Both the position numbers and the translations under genes were made by a program. The notes under the pieces were generated by a model. The model searched no databases, was not told where the DNA came from, and saw only the letters and a program-made list of their open reading frames with translations. A stretch of DNA of 64,000 nt from Promethearchaeia archaeon (GTDB taxonomy: Archaea; Asgardarchaeota; Lokiarchaeia; Sigyniarchaeales; SOKP01), in assembly GCA_029856125.1 (NCBI GenBank), contig JAHQWJ010000107.1, positions 32,001-96,000 of the forward strand, given 5' to 3'. The stretch's first letter is position 1; each line of letters begins with the position of its first letter. Shown in pieces: positions 40,784 to 50,338 of the stretch.

Positions 40784-41736
40784 ACGATTTCGCCTCCTTT
40801 TGAATTAGAATCCTTATAATATTCCAGAAATATATTATCTAATGTTGAGTGTGTAATGTTAAAGTCTGTAATAGGCATTCCGGCCCATTTATTTTTACTT
40901 AAATATGGTAATATGTCGCGAGATTGGGTATAAGAGAGTAGAAATTCAATCCTCTTTTGGTATTTTTGTTTTACAATAGCGTCAGGAAAATCTGATGATA
41001 AAAATGAATTAAATTCCAGCAAGCTTTTATTATTTTCAAAATCTAATTCAATTCGTTTCAAACTTTTTTTCTTAAGCTCCTGAACATTGGAAACATCTAC
41101 AATTTTGCCATTTTTAATAATAGCAACTCGATCGCAAAATTTTTCTATTTCTGGAAGCACGTGGCTAGATACAAACACAGTGCAATTAGATTCTTCTTGG
41201 CGCTCAGCAATTATCCTATAAAATTCTGATTGCATTAAAGGATCAAGACCAGAAGTAGGTTCATCCATAATTAATATATCAAATTTACCCATTAAGGCGG
41301 TCAAAACGCCTACTTTCTGTTTGTTTCCTTTACTGAGCACGCCCATTTTCCTATCCATTTCAATTTCAAGTCTTTCCGTGACATCTTTGATGAATTTCCA
41401 GTCGATTTCTATGTCAAATAGTTTAGCAAAATATGTAATCAATTGTTCTGCTGTCATATATTTATAAAGACCTAATTCTCCTGGCAGGTATCCAATTTGG
41501 TTCCTAATTTTAACATCTTTTTTCGGGTTAATTTCTTCGCCATTGATCGTAGTTATTCCGCTGTCGGGATTAAGAAAACCCAAAATGCATCTAATAGTCG
41601 TCGTCTTTCCTGCTCCGTTCGGTCCCAAAAACCCAAATCTTGCTCCTTTTGGAACTTTAAGCGAAATGCCGTCAACGGCTTTGATTTTTCCTTTGTTATA
41701 ATATTTTTTTAAATCTTTTATTTCGATCGCGTTCAT
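40780..41736 (-). CDS. ABC transporter ATP-binding protein
   Basis: GPNGAGKTT, LSKG, MDEPTSGLDP, SSH. Confidence 0.93.
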   Translation of the reverse strand: MNAIEIKDLKKYYNKGKIKAVDGISLKVPKGARFGFLGPNGAGKTTTIRCILGFLNPDSGITTINGEEINPKKDVKIRNQIGYLPGELGLYKYMTAEQLITYFAKLFDIEIDWKFIKDVTERLEIEMDRKMGVLSKGNKQKVGVLTALMGKFDILIMDEPTSGLDPLMQSEFYRIIAERQEESNCTVFVSSHVLPEIEKFCDRVAIIKNGKIVDVSNVQELKKKSLKRIELDFENNKSLLEFNSFLSSDFPDAIVKQKYQKRIEFLLSYTQSRDILPYLSKNKWAGMPITDFNITHSTLDNIFLEYYKDSNSKGGEIV

Positions 41737-41742
41737 TTTTTT

Positions 41743-41852
41743 TTCACATTTTTTGAAAAATGTATTCTTACCATAATACTAAATATTTTTTAGATATATA
41801 AATGTTTTCATTTATAGTGAAAATGAAACAGCCAAAATTCATGTAATTTGAA
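41743..41852. promoter_or_regulatory. Three TTCA-N7-TGAA palindromes (putative operators)
   Basis: Sites at 41743-41757, 41807-41821 and 41838-41852 in the divergent ABC/regulator intergenic region; two extend to TTTTCA-N7-TGAAAA. Confidence 0.75.
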
Positions 41853-41875
41853 AACACTTAAAAACAAGTAATCCC

Positions 41876-42700
41876 ATGTTATATGTAAGGATTATAAATT
41901 TACGTGGCAAGATTTCATACCCACTATCAATGAAAACCAATTCAGAAAAATTTAAACATATTTTAGAATTAACGGAAGCCTTAACTCAAGAATTTTTGAG
42001 CCAAAATAAAAGCAGAAATATTAATTACCTAAAAGAAAAAATTAAAGATTTCCTCACTAATCCTTTATGGAACAATGATACTTTACATCAATTAAAAAGA
42101 AATATTAAAGAACTCGATGTTAGCGATGACGAAGCTAACACTTTATGGAAAGCAATGGAAGAAACATTTGATCTCTGTTATGCTCATCATTTGAAAAGTA
42201 AATCACATATATATGAAGGGAAAGTTAGAGTTTATGAAAAGAGATTAATAGAAATTCTGGTAGATGCTGGGAAAGTTAAGGGTCAAAGTGCTGTTTTTGG
42301 TTCAATTATAGGCTATTTACTACTTCATGAAAGCCTAACTCAGGCACAACTTAAAGAATTAACAGGATTTTCAAAGGGGGCTATCTCTCAGAGTTTAAAA
42401 TTGTTATCGAGTTCTCCTGCAATAAAAAAAGAACCAATAGAAGGAGAACGTGAATATGTCTACGCTTTAGGGGTTAGTATGGCAGATATTGCTAATAATA
42501 TTGGATCTTATAAATCTGAATCTAATGAGCTCGCAATTAAATTCTTCCAAGGTAAGATTCAAGAATTAAACAAAAATAAATATAAAAATGGTTATGCTAT
42601 TCTCTCAAAAAGAGTAACTGAAATGATAAACTTTTTTGAATACAATGTGGAAGTGTTAGAAAAAATTAAAGAATCAAGTTTTATAAAAGAGCTGAAGTAA
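41876..42700 (+). CDS. GbsR/MarR-like regulator with N-terminal helical extension
   Basis: IIGYLLLHESLTQAQLKELTGFSKGAISQSL; start uncertain (ATG at 41930 possible). Confidence 0.78.
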   Translation: MLYVRIINLRGKISYPLSMKTNSEKFKHILELTEALTQEFLSQNKSRNINYLKEKIKDFLTNPLWNNDTLHQLKRNIKELDVSDDEANTLWKAMEETFDLCYAHHLKSKSHIYEGKVRVYEKRLIEILVDAGKVKGQSAVFGSIIGYLLLHESLTQAQLKELTGFSKGAISQSLKLLSSSPAIKKEPIEGEREYVYALGVSMADIANNIGSYKSESNELAIKFFQGKIQELNKNKYKNGYAILSKRVTEMINFFEYNVEVLEKIKESSFIKELK

Positions 42701-43216
42701 TTGACTACAATCGAAGAATTTGACGATGATATAATAGCGATTGAAAAGGATATCTTTAAATTCCTAATGTCCTACTCTCTTTTTATAGGGCAAAAAAATA
42801 CTTTCACGACAATTAAGATTTATTTTATTACTAGAAAATCCTTAACTCAAGAAAAATTACAAGAATTAACAGGATTCTCGCGAGGAACGATATCGCAAGA
42901 ATTAAAAAAATTAATTTCTATGGCTCTTATCGAAAAGACTAATGTTTCTAACACTGGCGAAATTACTTATTTAATGAAAAATCCCATTATAGCTTTTGTT
43001 CATTCATTTAGTAACCTTATGAATGATATCTCAAAATTTGCTTATAAAATTGATGCTCTCAAAGATGATATTGAAAAAGAGAAGGATTTGATAGAAGATT
43101 TGCATGGTTTTGACAAAATTTATCAGCTAGTCAATGTTCTGGCGAATTCCATCCCCTTTTCTCTCGAATTGGTAAAAACGATCCAAAAAGAATTAGCACT
43201 TTATCAAGACGAATGA
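42701..43216 (+). CDS. GbsR/MarR-like winged-HTH regulator
   Basis: LTQEKLQELTGFSRGTISQELKKL. Confidence 0.8.
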   Translation: MTTIEEFDDDIIAIEKDIFKFLMSYSLFIGQKNTFTTIKIYFITRKSLTQEKLQELTGFSRGTISQELKKLISMALIEKTNVSNTGEITYLMKNPIIAFVHSFSNLMNDISKFAYKIDALKDDIEKEKDLIEDLHGFDKIYQLVNVLANSIPFSLELVKTIQKELALYQDE

Positions 43217-43284
43217 TAAAGTTATAAATAAGTTTCGAAATTTAATCAATAAAAATATTCAAAATTAAAAGTGTAATTTAAATT

Positions 43285-44877
43285 TTGGAAAAAAATCTTC
43301 GATGGGATTTCCCATATCCTTCTAGAAGGATGCCCGTGTTAGCAGAAAATATTGTCTCTACATCTCAACCTCTTGCCTGCCAAGCGGGACTAAGCATGCT
43401 AAAAAAGGGAGGAAATGCCATAGATGCTGCCATAGCAACTGCGATAACTCTTACTGTAGTCGAACCAGTTAACAATGGTATTGGAAGCGACGCATTTGCA
43501 ATCGTGTTTAACGGAAAAGAATTAAAAGGGTTAAACGCTTCTGGTAAATCTCCTACTACTTGGACAGTAGATCATTTTTCTAAATATAAAACCATGCCCC
43601 TTTTGGGATGGGATTCAGTGACAATTCCTGGGGCGGTTTCAGCTTGGGTTGCCCTCTCAAAAAAATATGGACAATTAAACTTTAAAGATTTATTTGAGCC
43701 CGCAATTCAATATGCCGAGAAAGGATATATAGTTTCTCCTATTACCGCAAAAGTGTGGAAACAACTAGCTGTAATGTATAAGAAGAATAAGTTTCCAGAG
43801 TTTCACGAGACTTTTCTTCCTACTGGGAGAGCTCCTAAACCTGGTGAAATTTTTAAAAATCCAGATCAAGCAGTTACTTTAAGAAAAATCGCAGAAACAG
43901 AAGGAGAATCTTTTTATAGCGGAGAATTGGCAAAAAAAATCGTAGATCACGCTACTAACACTGGTGGAATGATAACACTTGAGGATTTAGAAAACCACGA
44001 AGCAACTTGGGAAAAGACAATAACTATGGAATATAAGGGTTTAACTTTGCATGAATTACCTCCTAACGGTCAAGGCCTAGCTGCGCTCATAATGCTAGGG
44101 ATATTAAAAAACTTTGATTTAAGTCAATTTGAGCCTGACTCTCCGCAATCGATACACTTACAAATAGAAGCGATGAAGTTAGCTTTTTCCGATGCATATC
44201 GCTATATTTCTGATAAAGATTATTTAGAATTTAACTCCTCTCTTATTCTTAATTCAAATTATTTAAAAAAAAGAGCAGAATTAATCGATCCAAGTAAAGC
44301 ACGAAATTATCGTTATGGTAATCCTCAATCAGGAGATACGGTCTATTTAACAACTGCAGATGCGAATGGTATGATGGTTTCATATATTCAATCAAACTAT
44401 CTAGGATTTGGGTCTGGAATAGTAATACCTAATACTGGGATCAGTCTTCAAAATAGAGGTAACGGATTCAATTTAAATGTAGGGCATCCAAATCAAGTTG
44501 GTCCGAGTAAACGTCCATATCACACAATAATCCCTGCATTCGTAACTCAAAAGGAAGTTCCAGTAATGAGTTTTGGTGTCATGGGGGGTTCAATGCAACC
44601 CCAGGGTCATGCTCAAATGATGATTAGAATTTTTGAATATCAACAAAACCCTCAAGCAGCAATCGATGCACCAAGGTGGCGAATAATGCAGGGACAGCAA
44701 GTAAACCTTGAACCGAGTTTTAACAGAGAATCAAAAATGCAATTGGAAAATTTGGGGCACCATGTTTATAATGGGCATTATTTTGAATTTGGGGGCGCTC
44801 AAATTATATATAAACTTGATGATGGGTACTTAGCTGCCTCGGATCCTAGAAAAGATGGACAAGCAGTGGGATTTTAG
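43285..44877 (+). CDS. ggt: Gamma-glutamyltransferase family protein
   Basis: GGNAIDAA, GIGSDAF, PPNGQG, GDTVYL (nucleophile Thr), KRPYHTIIP, DPRKDG. Confidence 0.9.
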   Translation: MEKNLRWDFPYPSRRMPVLAENIVSTSQPLACQAGLSMLKKGGNAIDAAIATAITLTVVEPVNNGIGSDAFAIVFNGKELKGLNASGKSPTTWTVDHFSKYKTMPLLGWDSVTIPGAVSAWVALSKKYGQLNFKDLFEPAIQYAEKGYIVSPITAKVWKQLAVMYKKNKFPEFHETFLPTGRAPKPGEIFKNPDQAVTLRKIAETEGESFYSGELAKKIVDHATNTGGMITLEDLENHEATWEKTITMEYKGLTLHELPPNGQGLAALIMLGILKNFDLSQFEPDSPQSIHLQIEAMKLAFSDAYRYISDKDYLEFNSSLILNSNYLKKRAELIDPSKARNYRYGNPQSGDTVYLTTADANGMMVSYIQSNYLGFGSGIVIPNTGISLQNRGNGFNLNVGHPNQVGPSKRPYHTIIPAFVTQKEVPVMSFGVMGGSMQPQGHAQMMIRIFEYQQNPQAAIDAPRWRIMQGQQVNLEPSFNRESKMQLENLGHHVYNGHYFEFGGAQIIYKLDDGYLAASDPRKDGQAVGF

Positions 44878-44878
44878 G

Positions 44879-45787
44879 TTATATATCTCGAAATTCAAAA
44901 GCAGAAAAAATTTGTTTTATAATTTCTTTTTCGTGGACATCAAGCCATTTAGAATAAGTATATTGTAAGGTTTTTCCTATGGAATAAACTTTTGGATGCC
45001 ATAATGGATTATAAGGCAACAATTCAATCTTTTTAATTCCTAAATTCTCTAAATAATTCGCCCATTGATTAAGATTTTTGTCATTGAGGGTAATTTTAGG
45101 AATTAATGGAATACGGGGCAATATCTCAACTGATTTTGATTCTAATAAAGCAGTAAAATTTTCGAAAATCTTTTTGTTTGAGACTCCGCAGTATTTCATG
45201 TGAAGCTTTTCATCAAAGATTTTCAAATCAAAATAAATTAGATCGATAAAGGGAAGGATACGCTCGAAAAAAGTCTCTTTATTAAACAAACCACATGTTT
45301 CTAAACATACGTGTATGTTATTAGATTTAGCTTGTTTAAGGAATGAATGGAGAAATGGCATCTGATAGGTTGCCTCTCCACCTGAAAGAGTTATTCCTCC
45401 ATTTGAATTTTCAAAAAATGGCTTGTCGATTAAAATTGTATCAAGTAGTTCCTTAACTGTAAAAAAAGTCCCCACAAACTTCAGAGCTTTAGTCTTACAT
45501 TGCGAGATACATTCTCCGCAGTAAGTGCATTTTTCGATTACTAAAGGATAATTTAACGAAAAATTAATAGCATCTTCAGGACAAGTCTCAACACAATCGT
45601 AGCAGGCTAGGCAATCCTCAGGACTATAAGATATCTCTTGTTTTAATTGTATACATTCAGGATTTTGGCACCAAATGCAAGATAAAGGGCATCCTTTAAA
45701 GAATATAACTGTTCGAATACCGGGACCATCATCTAATGAATTTCTTTTAAGATTAGTTATAAATCCTTTCATTCCTAAATCAAGCAT
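44879..45787 (-). CDS. Glycyl-radical enzyme activating enzyme (radical SAM with 2x[4Fe-4S] insert)
   Basis: DGPGIRTVIFFKGCPLSCIWCQNPE, CLACYDCVETCP, CTYCGECISQC, GGITLSGGE. Confidence 0.93.
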   Translation of the reverse strand: MLDLGMKGFITNLKRNSLDDGPGIRTVIFFKGCPLSCIWCQNPECIQLKQEISYSPEDCLACYDCVETCPEDAINFSLNYPLVIEKCTYCGECISQCKTKALKFVGTFFTVKELLDTILIDKPFFENSNGGITLSGGEATYQMPFLHSFLKQAKSNNIHVCLETCGLFNKETFFERILPFIDLIYFDLKIFDEKLHMKYCGVSNKKIFENFTALLESKSVEILPRIPLIPKITLNDKNLNQWANYLENLGIKKIELLPYNPLWHPKVYSIGKTLQYTYSKWLDVHEKEIIKQIFSAFEFRDI

Positions 45788-45810
45788 GTTATAAAGAGAT
45801 TAGATATTAA

Positions 45811-48789
45811 TTAATGAGTGTGAAATTCCGTTCTACTAATTAGTTCAAGTTGGAGTTCTTTATTTAAATCGACAAAATAGGCGTTATATCCCGAAATTCT
45901 GACCATTAACCATTGATAATTTTCAGGTTGAACCATTGCATCCTTTAAAGTATCGGATGATACGACATTGAATTGCATCTGCATACCACCTAAATCAAAG
46001 TAGCTCTGAGTATATCCTCGAAAGTAGTTGATTGTTTCTTCATGAGTATCTTTAGGATCGGGTACTAATTTAACGTTAAAAGCAAGATTATTGGGCATTT
46101 TTTCGCTGTCCAATGCAGCCACCGCTCTTATATTCTCAATTAAAACATCTCTATCACTTGGAACAGGGGTCAACCCTGGCGTGAACGGTTTATAGGCTTT
46201 TCTCCCATTCGGTAAAGCTCCAGAAACATTGCCGAAAGCAACGTGATTGCTCATACTCCAAAATCCTACTAGATATTTACCCCCACGATAATTATCAAAC
46301 GAATAAAAATCGTCATACACGTAATCTATAATCTCTTGGCCTAATTGAATCGTTTGTGAGTCATCAGTTCCAAACTTTGGTATTGATTTTATTCTTTTTA
46401 ACAATAATTCCCCTTCTGGAGATGAAAAATTATTTTTTACATGATCATTAAAAACACTAAAATCAATTTCTTTTTTATCGTATACCAATGTTTTAACAAC
46501 ATTCAATGTATCAATAATATCAGCAAGTCCAATCATTGCTACACCTGAAGTGTTGTAAATTGCACCTCCATCCACTAAATCAATCCCTTTATCCATTGGT
46601 CCATCAAATAACGAACTTAATAAAGGTGATGGATGTAAAGTTTGATGTGCTCTTCCTAAAAGATTATTATATTCTACGCTTTTTTCAATCATAAAGTGAA
46701 GTTGTTGTTTGAAAGCGTTCAGAAAATCATTATTGTTTTTAAAATCACCAACTTCACCAGTATTTGGGCCAAATCTCTTATGATTACTAACAACAGGATG
46801 AAACCCATTATTGAGTGTCATTTCCATAGCAGCAATTGTATTAAACATCATGCAATTGGTATGACCAAAATGTTTTCCACAAATAGTTGGCTCAACACAG
46901 CCAGTTGCTGCCCATGTCCTTGCATCTTCCAGTTTTATTCCAACTTTTGTCAGAGCATTAATCATTTGGATATCGTTATGAATTGAAGGCGTGGCATATG
47001 TATTTATATTAACCTCAAGGATTCGATCCAAATATTCTTTTGAATTCACTCCCGGATAGTAACGAGCATTTAAATTTGGATCTCTCAAGGTTAGCATTTC
47101 TGTTACTTTTAAAATTATAAATGTCATATCACAAACTGCAGATTTACCATCTTTATCAACACCGCCAACTGTCAGAGCAAAATCTTGGCTACTCCCCCCG
47201 AATAGATAATTTCCAACATCTGGAACTAAAGGAGCTTGATCTGAAACACGGAGAAAGAAACATCCCATTAATTCTATTGCTTTCTTAATATACTCTTCTT
47301 TCTGCTTATCTGATGTGATTTTTTCCATATCACTTTCAAAATATGGTTGTAACCAATGATCTAAACGACCAAGTGACAATCCCATATGAGCATTCTCTTG
47401 AGTTAGTGCAATCCACATTATCCAAATTGAGATGATTGCTTCTTCAAGGGTTTTAGGGGCTTCAGCAGGTACTTTCAACAATAGTTGTCCTAAGTGAAGT
47501 AATTCCTGTTTTCTCATCTTCAGCATTTCTGAAGCATTTTGTTCATCGATTGTATCTGCTTTATGTGCTGCTTCATTTGCTAAATTTGCTGTATAATTTA
47601 AAACACCAGTTAACGCTAATTGGATTCCTTTATAGAAATCTTCTTTTTTTGAATCAGTTGTTTCTTTTTCTTTAGAGGCAGCTTCATTCAATAACTTATT
47701 TATACCAGTTTTTAAAAAATCGGGAAATCCAGGGATGGTGTGGGAAATAGCTTGAGTTTTCCACATGAAATAAAATACAAAATGTTCATCCATTTGTTGA
47801 GATAAGGGATTACCATTTTTTGTTCTAACATATTCTCTAATATTTCTATCCATCCAAAAAGGAAAAACCTCATCATCTAAAATATCAATAGCTTCTTGAT
47901 CTATTAGATGGGGATTTAATTCGCGATTATCAATCGAATAAAGTTCCGGCCAGAAAATCATTGCCCCAAATTCTGGATATATCATTGTACCTAATCTTTT
48001 TGTGGTTGAAGTACCTGGTAAATAATCCCACTCTTGAATTATAGGCATCTTATGAGAAAGAAGATAGTTGACTATTTTCCCCATTTTTAAGCCAGGATGA
48101 TCATTATTCCCATCTTCTGGCGTATAGCCTTCTCTTTTACAAATTTCGGTAATTAATTTAGATCTTTCTGGGCAAACTTCAAGATTAGAAACTGAACGTA
48201 TATATTTCAAATAGTTTAATCTTTTAAAATCCTTTAACTGATATTTTCCCAAGTAAAGATCTTCTAAGTATTTCACATTATCAGTTTTATAATTAAGTAT
48301 AGTATTCTTCATATGTTCTGTTCCGGACGAGAAATCTTCAAATTGTACAAATGGAATAGTCTCTTCTTTTTGGATATTCTGAATTCGTTGATCGTAAGCG
48401 TCTTTATGTTTTAACAAAACATATGTCATTAAAAAGAAGAATTTAGTCATTTGACTCATGTTTCCAATCGTATGTAGTTTATTTTTCAAAAGCATATTAA
48501 CAATTTCTTCAGGTTTACTTCGAGGGAGTTTCCCCAAATCTTTTACTTTTTTATATTTTAAGGTGAGGGTTGGGTTTTCGATAGTATCTTTAATAACTTC
48601 GATATTTCCATTATTAAAAATTATTGAGACGCTTTGATTCTCATCTTCTTCAGCTGTAAAAAGTAATCTTGCGTTAAAAACAAAATTAGTTGCTTGGTTA
48701 TAAATTTCTTTTTTATATTCTGGATTATCATCAATCATCTGTTTAAGTAAACTAAAAACATTTGCAATTTTGCTTCTTACTTTCGCCAT
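45811..48789 (-). CDS. Glycyl-radical enzyme (PFL family) with N-terminal SCP2-like domain
   Basis: Cys loop TGCVEP, Gly loop VRISGY, SLGRLD. About 130-aa N-terminal extra domain with an SCP2-like pattern. Confidence 0.85.
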   Translation of the reverse strand: MAKVRSKIANVFSLLKQMIDDNPEYKKEIYNQATNFVFNARLLFTAEEDENQSVSIIFNNGNIEVIKDTIENPTLTLKYKKVKDLGKLPRSKPEEIVNMLLKNKLHTIGNMSQMTKFFFLMTYVLLKHKDAYDQRIQNIQKEETIPFVQFEDFSSGTEHMKNTILNYKTDNVKYLEDLYLGKYQLKDFKRLNYLKYIRSVSNLEVCPERSKLITEICKREGYTPEDGNNDHPGLKMGKIVNYLLSHKMPIIQEWDYLPGTSTTKRLGTMIYPEFGAMIFWPELYSIDNRELNPHLIDQEAIDILDDEVFPFWMDRNIREYVRTKNGNPLSQQMDEHFVFYFMWKTQAISHTIPGFPDFLKTGINKLLNEAASKEKETTDSKKEDFYKGIQLALTGVLNYTANLANEAAHKADTIDEQNASEMLKMRKQELLHLGQLLLKVPAEAPKTLEEAIISIWIMWIALTQENAHMGLSLGRLDHWLQPYFESDMEKITSDKQKEEYIKKAIELMGCFFLRVSDQAPLVPDVGNYLFGGSSQDFALTVGGVDKDGKSAVCDMTFIILKVTEMLTLRDPNLNARYYPGVNSKEYLDRILEVNINTYATPSIHNDIQMINALTKVGIKLEDARTWAATGCVEPTICGKHFGHTNCMMFNTIAAMEMTLNNGFHPVVSNHKRFGPNTGEVGDFKNNNDFLNAFKQQLHFMIEKSVEYNNLLGRAHQTLHPSPLLSSLFDGPMDKGIDLVDGGAIYNTSGVAMIGLADIIDTLNVVKTLVYDKKEIDFSVFNDHVKNNFSSPEGELLLKRIKSIPKFGTDDSQTIQLGQEIIDYVYDDFYSFDNYRGGKYLVGFWSMSNHVAFGNVSGALPNGRKAYKPFTPGLTPVPSDRDVLIENIRAVAALDSEKMPNNLAFNVKLVPDPKDTHEETINYFRGYTQSYFDLGGMQMQFNVVSSDTLKDAMVQPENYQWLMVRISGYNAYFVDLNKELQLELISRTEFHTH

Positions 48790-49039
48790 GTAATTTTACA
48801 CTTAATTTTTTTATATTTATTTTTATATAAATTTTTTAATCTAATAAAATTGATCAAGAAATTAAAGTTTCGCTCTCTCTTAATTCTATGTAAGATATGT
48901 TAATCTTTCTTCTAATTTATTGCATTAGTTATACCCACACATTTCCCAATATTATCTAACAGTAACATAAAAACTCTTTATTCAAAAAATAATATATATT
49001 TACTTTCATACTAATAAATAAAACCAATAGTGAAATTTT

Positions 49040-50299
49040 ATGCCAAATTCAAAAGATTATATGGAAATGGATGACAAATACTGCGCTCATAACTATCATC
49101 CTATTCCCGTTGTTATTTCAAAGGCAGAAGGAGTATGGGTTTACGATCCGGAAGGAAAAAAATATTTAGATTGTTTATCTGCCTATTCCTCTCAAAACGC
49201 GGGCCATTGCCATCCCGAAATTGTAAAAGCTTTAAAAGAGCAAGCCGATAAAGTCACTTTAACATCTCGTGCTTTTTATAACGATGTGATGGGCCCTTTT
49301 TTAAAAAAGCTATGCGAAGTTGTAGGACCGCATATCAACGATCCAAAAAATTCCGGAATCATGGCACTACCTATGAACACTGGAACTGAAGCAGTGTCTA
49401 CTGGTCTGAAAGTTGCTAGAGCTTGGGGTTATATTAAAAAGAAAATTCCTAAAAACGAAGCCAAAATTATAATCTGCAGAGACAACTTTCATGGGAGATC
49501 AATCACTATTGCGGGTTTTAGTACAGATATTGAGGCTGTAAGATACTACGGTAACTTTGGTCCTTACACTCCCGGTTTTGTTACGATCCCTTATGGGGAT
49601 GCTGATGAATTAGAAAATAGCATTTTAGAAATCGGTGCTGAAACCGTAGCTGCGTTTCTATTCGAACCTATTCAAGGAGAAGCTGGAGTTAAAGTACCTC
49701 CAGAAGGTTTCATTAGAAAAGTTAGAGAAATATGCACAAAATACAATGTTCTAATGATCGCTGATGAGATTCAAACAGGTTTCGGAAGAACAGGAGAATT
49801 ATTTGCTTGTGATCACGAAAATGTGAAACCTGACGCTATTTTACTTGGAAAAGCGTTAGGTGGAGGCGTTTATCCCGTTTCTGCCGTAGTTACTACACGA
49901 GATATTATTGGTCCGGATGTAATAAAACCTGGAACTCACGGAAGCACATTTGGTGGAAACCCTTTAGCATCAGCTGTCGCTTTAAAATCTTTAGAAGTTC
50001 ATATTGACGATCATTTAGCACAACGGTCCAAAGAATTTGGAACCTATTTCTTAAACGGTCTTAGTAATATAGCAGAAAAGAAGACTATAGTGCCGATAAA
50101 AGAAGTTAGAGGTAAAGGATTGTTGATGGCGATCGAGTTTGAATCAGATGCTAGACACATAGTAGAATTATTTAAAGATAACGGTGTGTTAGCTAAACAT
50201 ACTCATTCTACTACGATTCGTTTTGCCCCACCGTTAATTATAACTAAGGATCAAATCGATTGGGCTCTTAAAATTATCGAAGACGTTTTAGTTATTTAA
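49040..50299 (+). CDS. rocD: Ornithine--oxo-acid aminotransferase
   Basis: AHNYHP, LSAYS, LTSRAF, EPIQGEAGV, DEIQTG, GKALGGG, HGSTFGGNPL. Confidence 0.9.
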   Translation: MPNSKDYMEMDDKYCAHNYHPIPVVISKAEGVWVYDPEGKKYLDCLSAYSSQNAGHCHPEIVKALKEQADKVTLTSRAFYNDVMGPFLKKLCEVVGPHINDPKNSGIMALPMNTGTEAVSTGLKVARAWGYIKKKIPKNEAKIIICRDNFHGRSITIAGFSTDIEAVRYYGNFGPYTPGFVTIPYGDADELENSILEIGAETVAAFLFEPIQGEAGVKVPPEGFIRKVREICTKYNVLMIADEIQTGFGRTGELFACDHENVKPDAILLGKALGGGVYPVSAVVTTRDIIGPDVIKPGTHGSTFGGNPLASAVALKSLEVHIDDHLAQRSKEFGTYFLNGLSNIAEKKTIVPIKEVRGKGLLMAIEFESDARHIVELFKDNGVLAKHTHSTTIRFAPPLIITKDQIDWALKIIEDVLVI

Positions 50300-50338
50300 T
50301 GAATTCGGCTTTCTCATATCTCTTTTTTCCAGTTAGCA

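Noticed and set aside
45811-48789. Calling the GRE pyruvate formate-lyase or alkylsuccinate synthase
   Set aside because: It lacks the PFL Cys-Cys pair, and no small Bss/Ass subunits are adjacent. The substrate cannot be assigned from sequence alone.
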